This document shows, piece by piece, positions 40,274-48,687 of a stretch of 64,000 nucleotides of DNA. The first letter of the stretch is position 1. Each line of letters begins with the position of its first letter. The notes under the pieces are model-generated. The model was not told where the DNA came from and searched no databases. It worked only from the letters and a program-made list of their open reading frames with translations. Source of the DNA: a virus; IMG/VR virus record IMGVR_UViG_3300042453_004296, positions 6,015 to 70,014 of that record; one strand, written 5' to 3'. The position numbers and the translations under genes are program-made.

Positions 40274-41785
40274 TTATCCTTTTCCGGCAACCGGGGCTGG
40301 TATATTATTGAATACGACTGTATTTTTATCTGTTATTGTGTTAGAGCATGGGTCAAAAGTAAATATATATAGGTTAGAATTTCTTTTAGATGGGGTAGCT
40401 CCTGTGAGTCTTCCAGATTCGTATGTTACTTTTAATTCTCCACTAGGTGTTGGGTTAAGTAAGTATAAATAAAAATTTCCAGCACCAACATGACAATCAT
40501 AGCCCCATGATGGATCTTCATATTGGGTGTTACCTATCTGTATACCTACACATTCTATATTAAATTTTATTAACTCATCTTCTGAGTTTTTTATTTGAGG
40601 GAACATTTCTGGGGTGATTATAAATCTGTTATATCTTTTCCCACTTTTTGCTATTACACCTGGAATTTGGGGTAAAGGTATAGGGGTAGTAGGGATAGGA
40701 AATGTATCACCTTCAAAAAGTTGTTTAAATCTGCCTGAGGTAGATTCTGAGTATCCTTTTTTATGATACCCTGAGGAGACATTATCCCATTGGCTTAGAC
40801 GACCAGGACCACTATATGCTGTAGGGTCGTTGTTGTTTAGACTAGCAAAATCTTTACCGTCATCTCGTTTTAGTAAATGTCCGTTAGCATATATTTTATA
40901 TACAGTAGCATTACAGGTATGGTCAGAACCTTCATATGTAACATCAAATACTATAATTCCATCACCTAAACAACCCGTTTTTTTAGTTCGTAATTCAGCT
41001 TGTATACTTACCCACTGTTCATCTTTATATTTTTGGTCACTAGGCTTATCTCCTTCATTAGGATTATATTGGGTTAAGCCGGTAATAGGATTATTTATAA
41101 CAATATTAGGTAATATAAAATTTAAATTATTATTAGCTGATGCTTTTGAGTTTAAATATTTAGTTATATATTCTTTTAGGTTAGTAGCTCTTTTTCTAGC
41201 TAAAGCTTTTTCAGGTAATGATTTATTGTAGTCTGGGTTTGGTTGTCCGTTTTCTAGTGTAGGTTCTAGGTCTCTATTAGAGGGTTTAGATTCAGATGAT
41301 GATATAGAAATTACATTATTTCTAGGGTTAGTATTAATAAATTCATATAAATCATCTAGTTCTTGGTTAAGTGTATCTTTTGTATTTTGAGGTAAACTTA
41401 ATACTAACCATCTTCCAGATTCATATTGATCTTCTAATTTAAAATTTCCCCCATTTTTAGGATCAATAAACGTATTAAATTCAGGATTGAATTCTCCAGT
41501 AGCACTAGTTCGTGGGTTTTTAATTATTCTAGGCTCTAAACCTGATTTAGTAAACGTAAATGTAATTGGGAATATGTCTGTTTGAGAAATAAGGTTATTA
41601 TCTTTAGTATCAAGTTTAAAATAAAAATAACCTTTAGTATCAGTAACAGTAGATTTTGATTCTTGTCTAAGAGATTGATTTGATACAGCTGTACCCAGGA
41701 CAACATTGTATGTAACTGTGACAGTTACTCCATCCAAAATTTCCCCATTTGAACCTCGACATCTACCACTAAATTGCTTTATCAT
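40274..41785 (-). CDS. Baseplate-associated protein, possibly tail tip or receptor-binding
   Basis: N-terminal prealbumin-like fold pattern (GEILDGVTV..TDTKGYF), internal LARKRA.NLKEYI; follows the spike gene. Confidence 0.5.
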   Translation of the reverse strand: MIKQFSGRCRGSNGEILDGVTVTVTYNVVLGTAVSNQSLRQESKSTVTDTKGYFYFKLDTKDNNLISQTDIFPITFTFTKSGLEPRIIKNPRTSATGEFNPEFNTFIDPKNGGNFKLEDQYESGRWLVLSLPQNTKDTLNQELDDLYEFINTNPRNNVISISSSESKPSNRDLEPTLENGQPNPDYNKSLPEKALARKRATNLKEYITKYLNSKASANNNLNFILPNIVINNPITGLTQYNPNEGDKPSDQKYKDEQWVSIQAELRTKKTGCLGDGIIVFDVTYEGSDHTCNATVYKIYANGHLLKRDDGKDFASLNNNDPTAYSGPGRLSQWDNVSSGYHKKGYSESTSGRFKQLFEGDTFPIPTTPIPLPQIPGVIAKSGKRYNRFIITPEMFPQIKNSEDELIKFNIECVGIQIGNTQYEDPSWGYDCHVGAGNFYLYLLNPTPSGELKVTYESGRLTGATPSKRNSNLYIFTFDPCSNTITDKNTVVFNNIPAPVAGKG

Positions 41786-41788
41786 ATA

Positions 41789-43063
41789 TTACACAGTTTT
41801 AACTTGTTTAGAAAGTAAATTTTTACCATTAACTATATTTAAAAGATCATTACTTAAAGTTTCAGCATCAGATGCTACAGATTGTAGTGATACAATTGGT
41901 GCTCCATTACTATCAGTAGCTGTTTTAAAAGCTATATTAAGTGTTTGTAAGAATGTAGCTATATCTGATAGTACAAAATTTAAATTTTCACCTAATACAA
42001 CAGATTGAATCTTAGACCCTTCTATTCCTTCTGATGATCCTAAGTAAACTGTATCTGCTGTAAGTGAAATTTGTTTAGCATCTACTCCTAAAGTATCATT
42101 ACATGATAACTGAATAGATTTGTTGGCTAAAACTAATATTGAATCATTTTTAGCATTAAATACTAATCTACCTGAGTTCAATATGATCTGATTCCCAGCG
42201 TATTGTTTTGGGTTAGCAGGGGGGGTTGATTTGGAGAATGAAAAGTCATTTAAACTAGATATATTTAATGGAATCTGTTGGGTTGACGTGAGGTATATAG
42301 ATGATAAGTCCCCATTTATATCTTCAGTTTCAGGTACCCAAGAATCACTAGCATATGTTGATTGTCCGTTTCTTAATATAGTAATTGGATCACCATTTTC
42401 ACCTATAGTAGACCATCTGTTAGGGATAACAGCATTTTTTACAGTTGAACCTAGTCGTATTGAATTACCCCATCTACCTTCATATATTGTATCTCCTTCG
42501 TATGGTAGTAAAGGGTGAATATCTATTTTTTCTTTAAATGTCTTTCCCAAATAAATCTCAGTACTAGTATCTTCTACTCGTCTATATGAACCTAACTCAG
42601 TTTGGACATAATCTTGACTTTGGGCAGGTGAAATAGTATCAGTTACAGGTACAGCATTATGGTGTTGGCTATTCCATGCATTTACAGGTGGGAAATAATA
42701 TGCTATACTTGAATTTACATCATTTGTAGCATTACTACTTGGGAGAAATATGATGTATGTTGTTTCATTTATTAATGGGTATTGCTTAATATTGGGAAAA
42801 AAAGGAATAGCATATGATATACTTTCAAAAGGAGATGTTTGACTTACACCTAATGTCGGGGTAATTACCGAATCATAGAATATAGTTCCTATACTATTCC
42901 ATCCTCCATATTCTTTAAATTTAGGGTGAGTATTATCTAATATAATATCTAATACCCGAATTGGGAGTAATTTAATAGCATTATTACCCAAAAATACATT
43001 TGAGCTATAAGTATTAGTATTATTTTGGACCTGGTTTAAGGGGCCATAGTTAATGTCCGGCAT
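41789..43063 (-). CDS. Baseplate hub/central spike, gp5-like
   Basis: OB-fold-like N-terminus (YPLINE), EGDTIYEGRWGNSIRLG and NQIILNSGRLVFNAK beta-repeats. Confidence 0.65.
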   Translation of the reverse strand: MPDINYGPLNQVQNNTNTYSSNVFLGNNAIKLLPIRVLDIILDNTHPKFKEYGGWNSIGTIFYDSVITPTLGVSQTSPFESISYAIPFFPNIKQYPLINETTYIIFLPSSNATNDVNSSIAYYFPPVNAWNSQHHNAVPVTDTISPAQSQDYVQTELGSYRRVEDTSTEIYLGKTFKEKIDIHPLLPYEGDTIYEGRWGNSIRLGSTVKNAVIPNRWSTIGENGDPITILRNGQSTYASDSWVPETEDINGDLSSIYLTSTQQIPLNISSLNDFSFSKSTPPANPKQYAGNQIILNSGRLVFNAKNDSILVLANKSIQLSCNDTLGVDAKQISLTADTVYLGSSEGIEGSKIQSVVLGENLNFVLSDIATFLQTLNIAFKTATDSNGAPIVSLQSVASDAETLSNDLLNIVNGKNLLSKQVKTV

Positions 43064-43404
43064 TATTCTTCGGTCTTAAATTTGTCTAGTTCAGCTAATA
43101 ATTGTGCTTTTTCTTCATCAGAAATACCAAATCCACCACTTTCACCTGCTGTATTATTCATGATACGTTGGATAATGGTAGCCATTTTAATTAATTGTTC
43201 GTCATTCTTAACACTTATTTCTAAGTACTCTTTAATTAAAGGAACAATCAACGTAGCATCACCTATACTCTGCACAAGTGGTTTTAATTCAGTGATTAAA
43301 GCAGATATTTGTTTTTCTTTTTTCTTTTGGTTATCATAGATTTCCTCTAATATATCAGAGAATTTCTTTTTACCAAAAACAACACCATCTAAACCGTTAC
43401 TCAT
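43063..43404 (-). CDS. Hypothetical helical protein
   Basis: 113 aa; late motif at 43419-43427. Confidence 0.7.
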   Translation of the reverse strand: MSNGLDGVVFGKKKFSDILEEIYDNQKKKEKQISALITELKPLVQSIGDATLIVPLIKEYLEISVKNDEQLIKMATIIQRIMNNTAGESGGFGISDEEKAQLLAELDKFKTEE

Positions 43405-43426
43405 ATATTTATTTTATTTATAAATA

Positions 43427-44134
43427 TCAATGGTGAAAATCTGTATAGCCGTTTTCTAGGTAGAAATAATAATGTTGCTTGAATATATCGTATAATTTGT
43501 TGGCTATTTTGGTGATTTTAGGTGTTTTAGCATCAATAATCTCACGAATATATATGTATAATGCTTTCTTATTAAATACATCAATATTCTCACGTTTACG
43601 AAATAATTCTAATATCGCATCAGCAATTTGAGCATCATTTTCTTTGGGAAATAAAGCATAAATATTTTTAGTACAATGATCTACATACTCATCTATGAAG
43701 TTAGATAATTTATCTTGGGATGAACCTTCGTCTATTCTATAAGAAAAATCTTCATTTGATTCAATTTCTTCAATAGGTGCTTTATCTACTCGTTTTTTAT
43801 AATTTTTAGTATTAGTTACTATCAAGTAGCGTTTAGCAATAGTACCGAAATAAGAATAAGCTTTAGCTCCTCGTTCTGGGTTAAATAAGTGTATTTTAGA
43901 AAGTAAAAATGTGATTACTTCGTGTTGTAAATCTTCAATGTTGTCTACTTCAGTATAATAAAACTTAAAAGTATGGATAATATTTTCTGTTAACTTAAAG
44001 AAAGCATAATGGATGCGTTCACGATATATTTTATCTTTTAACTCAAAATCAGTAGTAGTATTGTACGATACAATAGCATTCTCAGTGTCTTGAGTAAAAT
44101 ACTGTGTGTTTTTCTTTTCTTTCACCTCGGTCAT
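43427..44134 (-). CDS. Phage late sigma factor, T4 gp55-like
   Basis: EDLQHE..IHLFNPERGAKAYSYFGTIAKRY matches the sigma region 2 FDP..K.F.YFT pattern of gp55-type factors. Confidence 0.7.
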   Translation of the reverse strand: MTEVKEKKNTQYFTQDTENAIVSYNTTTDFELKDKIYRERIHYAFFKLTENIIHTFKFYYTEVDNIEDLQHEVITFLLSKIHLFNPERGAKAYSYFGTIAKRYLIVTNTKNYKKRVDKAPIEEIESNEDFSYRIDEGSSQDKLSNFIDEYVDHCTKNIYALFPKENDAQIADAILELFRKRENIDVFNKKALYIYIREIIDAKTPKITKIANKLYDIFKQHYYFYLENGYTDFHH

Positions 44135-44406
44135 AACTTTTTAATTTTAAAAGAATTTAATATATCTTGTAATTGTTGGATTTGTTTAAAGAAAAACCCT
44201 ACTTCATCGTCTGATTCAAATGATCCTTTAGCATCTACTTCTTTAAGTTTTTTATCTGCAAACTCAATAATACCTGATATTTTATTTAGGTAATCCATAT
44301 ATCCTGCTAGGATATCTTCTTGGCGTTCATTTTTTCTGAGGAGGTTAAAGGTCGTAAATCCTAAGATCACGACCATTAATCCTAATATAATTGTTAATAT
44401 TATCAT
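44131..44406 (-). CDS. Small membrane-anchored protein
   Basis: N-terminal TM, DAKGSFESDDEVG motif. Confidence 0.75.
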   Translation of the reverse strand: MIILTIILGLMVVILGFTTFNLLRKNERQEDILAGYMDYLNKISGIIEFADKKLKEVDAKGSFESDDEVGFFFKQIQQLQDILNSFKIKKL

Positions 44407-45188
44407 AAGTCATTTAGCATATTCATCAACCCTGTGCTTTCAATTGAACTTAATGTTTTAGTTTTGATAGTTGGTTTAGGGTTAGATGATTTTTTCTCGG
44501 TATTTAAAGAAAAATTATCTTTTTTAGTATTACCATTTTTAAATTTAGGTAACCACTCTTTTTCAAACTCAATACGAGCAGCCATTAAATCAGCCTGGTG
44601 TATAATAAATGGTAGTGCTGTTCTAGGGCGTTGCTCTGGCATATAAGCCATTAAGTATTTTTTATTACCATCATCATATAAACCATCATGGGTTTGAATA
44701 GCGATCATCTCATTAAATGAGTACTGGATACCATGTTGTTGGAGTAGAAATAATCCACGATCTGGTACTGAGGCAAATGGTAGTTTATTGTTGAATGTAT
44801 AATCTTCACCTAGTTTATCTTTACGCCATTGGTCAGTCTGAGGTACGTATGATTCATTTTCTTCATCTCCCATTTTTCCTAGGTCGTGGTTTAAAGCAGC
44901 AAATACTAATTCTTCTTTGGTGTATGTAGAAGTATCTACTCCCATCTCAACCCAAACATTATTTAATTTAAGAGCACAATCAACTACACGAAGAATGTGA
45001 TCAACATATCCTCCTGGGAAGGCATTGTGATACTCTTTCTTATGTGATGCTGGCATCATCATAATGCGTTCTGAGTATTTGGAGTAGAAGTCTAATAACT
45101 GTGAGCGGCGTGGTTCACTAATAAATGTTTTTATAGTTTCTTCTAGGTCCATCCAATTATTCTGGATTTGTTCTGCTGTTAACTTCAT
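44403..45188 (-). CDS. HD-domain phosphohydrolase (YhaM-like)
   Basis: YHNAFPGGYVDH, HDLGK, HDG and HQAD motifs; probable start MKLTAEQ at 45188. Confidence 0.88.
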   Translation of the reverse strand: MKLTAEQIQNNWMDLEETIKTFISEPRRSQLLDFYSKYSERIMMMPASHKKEYHNAFPGGYVDHILRVVDCALKLNNVWVEMGVDTSTYTKEELVFAALNHDLGKMGDEENESYVPQTDQWRKDKLGEDYTFNNKLPFASVPDRGLFLLQQHGIQYSFNEMIAIQTHDGLYDDGNKKYLMAYMPEQRPRTALPFIIHQADLMAARIEFEKEWLPKFKNGNTKKDNFSLNTEKKSSNPKPTIKTKTLSSIESTGLMNMLNDL

Positions 45189-45189
45189 A

Positions 45190-45372
45190 TTAGTTATACG
45201 ATTGTGGTTCTGATTCAACAAATAAGCGTGCTTGGTCTACTGAGGTTCTGATTCGTTCTAATGCGTCTTTATATTCCTCAATAGGGCGCTGGTTGTTGAC
45301 GATAAAATTAAGTTGGTTGGTTAACCCTTCGATTTTATCTAATTCGTGTAATAGGTTATTTTTATTTTTCAT
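45190..45372 (-). CDS. Small hypothetical protein
   Basis: 60 aa helical ORF. Confidence 0.65.
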   Translation of the reverse strand: MKNKNNLLHELDKIEGLTNQLNFIVNNQRPIEEYKDALERIRTSVDQARLFVESEPQSYN

Positions 45373-45486
45373 ATTATATTGGTATTCGTTTAATAATTGA
45401 TATCACATCCCACCCCTCTTTTATTCTCTTGTTCCAAAACCCGTATTCCTACGATACAATAAAAGAGATTGGGCGCCAAGTTATTC

Positions 45487-45888
45487 TTAAAAGAAATCTA
45501 AGAATTTTTGAATAAATGCACATTTCTCATACTCTTCAGCATTCTCAAAATATCTAAGACTTTTATTTAAAGCCCTTAAAAATACCTTGTCAGAATATTC
45601 TTCTATACATTCTATATGAGTAGGATTATTCAGATCTAATTTTTCCAAATGAGTAAAAGCCCTATTATACACCATACTTTCCCCAGCCCGTTTTACATCA
45701 CCCGTATCTAAATCAGTATTAGAACTACTCATAAATTGGATTAATTGATCACTAAATGACTCATAATTGTAAATCAATTTTTTAAACATCCCCATATACA
45801 CTATAGGGTGCTCAGACAAGTCAATATATGTAGTAGCCTGCTCCTCACCCCCAGGTACAAATAAATCAAATATCTTCTTTATATCCAT
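45487..45888 (-). CDS. Hypothetical protein with UVR-like C-terminal motif
   Basis: EEYEKCA.I motif; ATATTTATA at 45892-45900. Confidence 0.7.
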   Translation of the reverse strand: MDIKKIFDLFVPGGEEQATTYIDLSEHPIVYMGMFKKLIYNYESFSDQLIQFMSSSNTDLDTGDVKRAGESMVYNRAFTHLEKLDLNNPTHIECIEEYSDKVFLRALNKSLRYFENAEEYEKCAFIQKFLDFF

Positions 45889-45935
45889 ATATATAAATAT
45901 ATAGAAAAAAAAGAAAACGGCACGAGGCTGTTAAC

Positions 45936-46079
45936 TTATCCTTTTAGTAACATTTTGATATTTCGAGCTTTTAACTCACTTATCTCATTTTCTAATTGTT
46001 CTATTCGTTTAGATAGAGTATAAAGATAAGTAATTGATAAAACTGTTTCAAGAAGTAAAATAACTGTTAATACTATCAT
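45936..46079 (-). CDS. Small membrane protein
   Basis: Probable start MIVLTVILL at 46079 (the longer ORF overlaps the tRNA); TM plus coiled coil. Confidence 0.6.
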   Translation of the reverse strand: MIVLTVILLLETVLSITYLYTLSKRIEQLENEISELKARNIKMLLKG

Positions 46080-46093
46080 AATAATAAATTTAG

Positions 46094-46167
46094 TGCGCCC
46101 TCCTGGGATCGAACCAGGCACCTACTGATTATGAGTCAGTTGCTCTAACCGAATGAGCTAAGGGCGC
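46094..46167 (-). tRNA. tRNA with CAT anticodon, most likely tRNA-Ile2 (lysidine type)
   Basis: GCGCCCT/AGGGCGC acceptor, D arm GCTCATTCGGTTAGAGC, anticodon arm CTGA-CTCATAA-TCAG, T loop TTCGATC; resembles Ile2 tRNAs; no encoded CCA. Confidence 0.88.
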
Positions 46168-46173
46168 TATTAG

Positions 46174-46271
46174 TACTCAAGGCAGGACTTGCACCTACAC
46201 ACTCTTTCGAGTTAGAAAACCTAGCGTCTACTATCGGATTCCCATGGAAACCTCGCTTCCGCCACTTGAGC
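46174..46271 (-). ncRNA. tRNA-Leu-like RNA with D-loop insertion and truncated anticodon arm
   Basis: Acceptor GCTCAAG/CTTGAGT+A, D arm GCGGAA...TAGACGC, variable arm ACTC-GAAA-GAGT, T arm GTAGG-TGCAAGT-CCTGC. Confidence 0.65.
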
Positions 46272-46275
46272 ATTG

Positions 46276-46350
46276 TTGCGGGGGCAGGACTCGAACCTGC
46301 GTCATTTGGCTTATGAGACCAAGCTGGAACCATCTCCAGTCCACCCCGCC
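46276..46350 (-). tRNA. tRNA-Met(CAT), initiator-like but divergent
   Basis: GGCGGGG/CCCCGCAA acceptor with 1:72 mismatch, anticodon arm TTGGT-CTCATAA-GCCAA, T loop TTCGAGT. Confidence 0.85.
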
Positions 46351-46357
46351 ATATATA

Positions 46358-46597
46358 TTAATTAAAAATTGTAATCAAATATGTAACACCATAAACGATA
46401 CTATATAATAGAGCAAATGTAAGGAAACGAGCTTTAAACTCAATAACACTTACTTTCCATCCTAATGTATCAACTAAGATCTGGAAAATTGTATTCTTAG
46501 TATGAACATAAATCATATTTAAACATGTGATGATCAATACCAAATAAATTGAATTCTTAAAACCCAAAAAATCTAAAATGTTCTTTACAGTATCCAT
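46358..46597 (-). CDS. Small membrane protein
   Basis: Two hydrophobic segments; early promoter core at 46625-46635. Confidence 0.7.
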   Translation of the reverse strand: MDTVKNILDFLGFKNSIYLVLIITCLNMIYVHTKNTIFQILVDTLGWKVSVIEFKARFLTFALLYSIVYGVTYLITIFN

Positions 46598-46683
46598 AAT
46601 CTTTATTGTTTTTAATTATGGCATAAATATACGACCAAGATCCTGCGGGGGCACGTCTCTTCCAAGAAATTTTTAAGAAGTTT

Positions 46684-47604
46684 TTAAATTAATTCCATCT
46701 CCACATCATCGTCCGTCTCACGCACGATTACCATGGCATCCTGTAGAGCTACTACTATTGTTGAATATTGATCCTCCCTATATCCCCCTAGTACCTGATA
46801 TAGGTCTGCTTGGTCTACTACATCCATTATAGAGGCAGATTCGTCTACTATGTCTTGGAGTTGAGCAACTTTTATTTTTGTTGAAGGCTCAAATACACCA
46901 TAGTCACCCCCACTCAAAGACAAACCAGCAAGCTTCCGCTTAATATCTAATAATACTTGTGGAGGACTAACAGATACAATAAGGTGATCTAAACCAACAT
47001 CGTTTAAAATATTGCGATTATCTACATCTTCCGCAGACATTGGTACTATTATATTTCCCACTTGAGCACCGAAAAAATTACCGGATTCCGCGCCTAAAGG
47101 CGCTAATTTCTTAACCCATACGGCTAAGCTACCCTCATACAATATATTATCTGAAAATACATTTTTATATGCTTTTAAAAGCATAGTGTACATTTTATAC
47201 CCTAAACCTTTACCCCTCCACGGCTCAGTAACATATGTTAAATGTATCTCAGCCCCAGTGATTTTAAATGGTTTCCATCTCTCACCTGTTAGATTAATGA
47301 TATCTACATCTATAGTACCTATAACATAGCTTTCTAAATCAGTACCAGCCGAATTAACCAAGTACAAGGTACCAGTATAAGTAGATGGTACTATGAATTG
47401 ATAAGGACCATCTTCAGATAAAACCGTCCCTTTAAGTATAGAAGGATCGAAATTAACCCCATACACATCCATGTCATCCGGATCTAATCTAAAATCTTCT
47501 AAGAATGTATAGTATGTTTTAGTGTCATCTACGTATAAATCACCACTACGAAGTTCTAATTCATCAAGATTTATTTCCTTAAGTAACTCAGTCAGTTTTA
47601 TCAT
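46684..47604 (-). CDS. GNAT-fold acetyltransferase-like protein with leader motif
   Basis: YVTEPWRGKGLGYKMY acetyl-CoA binding motif A; starts MIKLTELLKE after a late motif at 47609-47616. Confidence 0.65.
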   Translation of the reverse strand: MIKLTELLKEINLDELELRSGDLYVDDTKTYYTFLEDFRLDPDDMDVYGVNFDPSILKGTVLSEDGPYQFIVPSTYTGTLYLVNSAGTDLESYVIGTIDVDIINLTGERWKPFKITGAEIHLTYVTEPWRGKGLGYKMYTMLLKAYKNVFSDNILYEGSLAVWVKKLAPLGAESGNFFGAQVGNIIVPMSAEDVDNRNILNDVGLDHLIVSVSPPQVLLDIKRKLAGLSLSGGDYGVFEPSTKIKVAQLQDIVDESASIMDVVDQADLYQVLGGYREDQYSTIVVALQDAMVIVRETDDDVEMELI

Positions 47605-47707
47605 ATTAATAAATATCTAAGGACTAAGGAAGGACCCACACATGGATCCATCCCTCGCACCTTAATACGTATATACAACTATAAGCAATCACTCCAACAG
47701 GAGTGCT

Positions 47708-48325
47708 TTAATATACTATAGGATCACCAATTTGGTGTAAGACACCAATTTCCCGTAGTTTATCAAAGGCAGTTAGTGATGATAATTTAAAGAATTCACG
47801 TTCGTGTCCTTGGTCGGAATCAACCCTTTGAGCAGCATATATTTTATGCATTTGTTGCTCAATTTTATATGCCGAACCTTTAGTAACAGGTAATGCAAAT
47901 TTAGGTATCCACTCGGTTAATACACCAGCACCGTTAATATACTTAGCACGTGTTGAAGGATCACGTTCGGTCATACCAATTTTAACCAAATCGGGGTAAC
48001 CCGGATTAGTAAGAATATAGATATATTCTATGTTATCTTTGGTGCGAGATTGGATATCTGTGTTTTGCACACCAAACAAATAGACCCATTCTTTGGTATT
48101 ATCATCTATTTCAATTGGTACTTCAATTGAGTATAACGTATGAAAATAATTGAATATGCGATCTACTTGTATATTGCGTGCTTTAGACTTTAGCGCGAGG
48201 TAGTTAGAGTACCACTCGTTTGCTAGTGGGTGGAAACATGCATTGTCTAGTGTACTAGCGATGATAATTTCACCTGACTCTGCTAAGTCTAACGCTTTAT
48301 CTAATGTAATTTTAGTTCTATACAT
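47708..48325 (-). CDS. T5orf172/MUG113-type GIY-YIG nuclease domain protein
   Basis: YIYILTN..LVKIGMT..R, IEQQMH and REFF motifs. Confidence 0.8.
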   Translation of the reverse strand: MYRTKITLDKALDLAESGEIIIASTLDNACFHPLANEWYSNYLALKSKARNIQVDRIFNYFHTLYSIEVPIEIDDNTKEWVYLFGVQNTDIQSRTKDNIEYIYILTNPGYPDLVKIGMTERDPSTRAKYINGAGVLTEWIPKFALPVTKGSAYKIEQQMHKIYAAQRVDSDQGHEREFFKLSSLTAFDKLREIGVLHQIGDPIVY

Positions 48326-48489
48326 TAATTTAGGATAAAATCACCAATAGCGTATAGGAGAGACAACGATGACCAACCTAAGAAGAACCAAGATGTTTTA
48401 TACCAAAAATTTTTTGGTTTATCATTATACAAATAAATGTTGAGAGCGTGTAGGCCTGTTAATAAGGCCCATCCAATAATTGAAATCAT
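48325..48489 (-). CDS. Small membrane protein (54 aa)
   Basis: Not in the track: MISIIGWALLTGLHALNIYLY...GDFILN; TAATG-coupled to the next gene. Confidence 0.6.
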   Translation of the reverse strand: MISIIGWALLTGLHALNIYLYNDKPKNFWYKTSWFFLGWSSLSLLYAIGDFILN

Positions 48490-48687
48490 ATGTTTTATTT
48501 TAAATTTTTAAATTAACACCCAAAGGTGTGCTGTCTTTCCAAGCTGCCAAACTAACCGGGTTACATGGATCTTCCCTTTCAAGCAGATTAGTTAATCTGA
48601 ATAAGCGTGGCTTATCATCATCCCATACGGCTATCACCCCGTTTCTCATCATATTGGGCATACTATCTGGTGATTAGCCAGAACGTG

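Larger units (their letters stand above)
2238..47616 (-). promoter_or_regulatory. Dispersed late-type promoter motif ATATTTAT(A)
   Basis: Plus-strand (t)ataaatat just upstream of minus-strand starts at 2238, 4163, 5961, 9748, 10720, 16640, 18178, 20878, 21269, 23145, 28061, 35709, 38435, 39861, 43419, 45892 and 47609. Confidence 0.7.

Noticed and set aside
46200-46230. Amber suppressor tRNA (TTCTAAC loop) in the tRNA-like element
   Set aside because: The flanking bases cannot form an anticodon stem around CTA; the alternative fold with a GAAA variable arm pairs far better
46145-46333. 62 aa ORF (also 53878..54114 +)
   Set aside because: These overlap tRNA genes
2238-47616. T4-type TATAAATA late promoters firing on the + strand
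   Set aside because: The motif is consistently placed just upstream of minus-strand start codons and there are no + strand genes to serve
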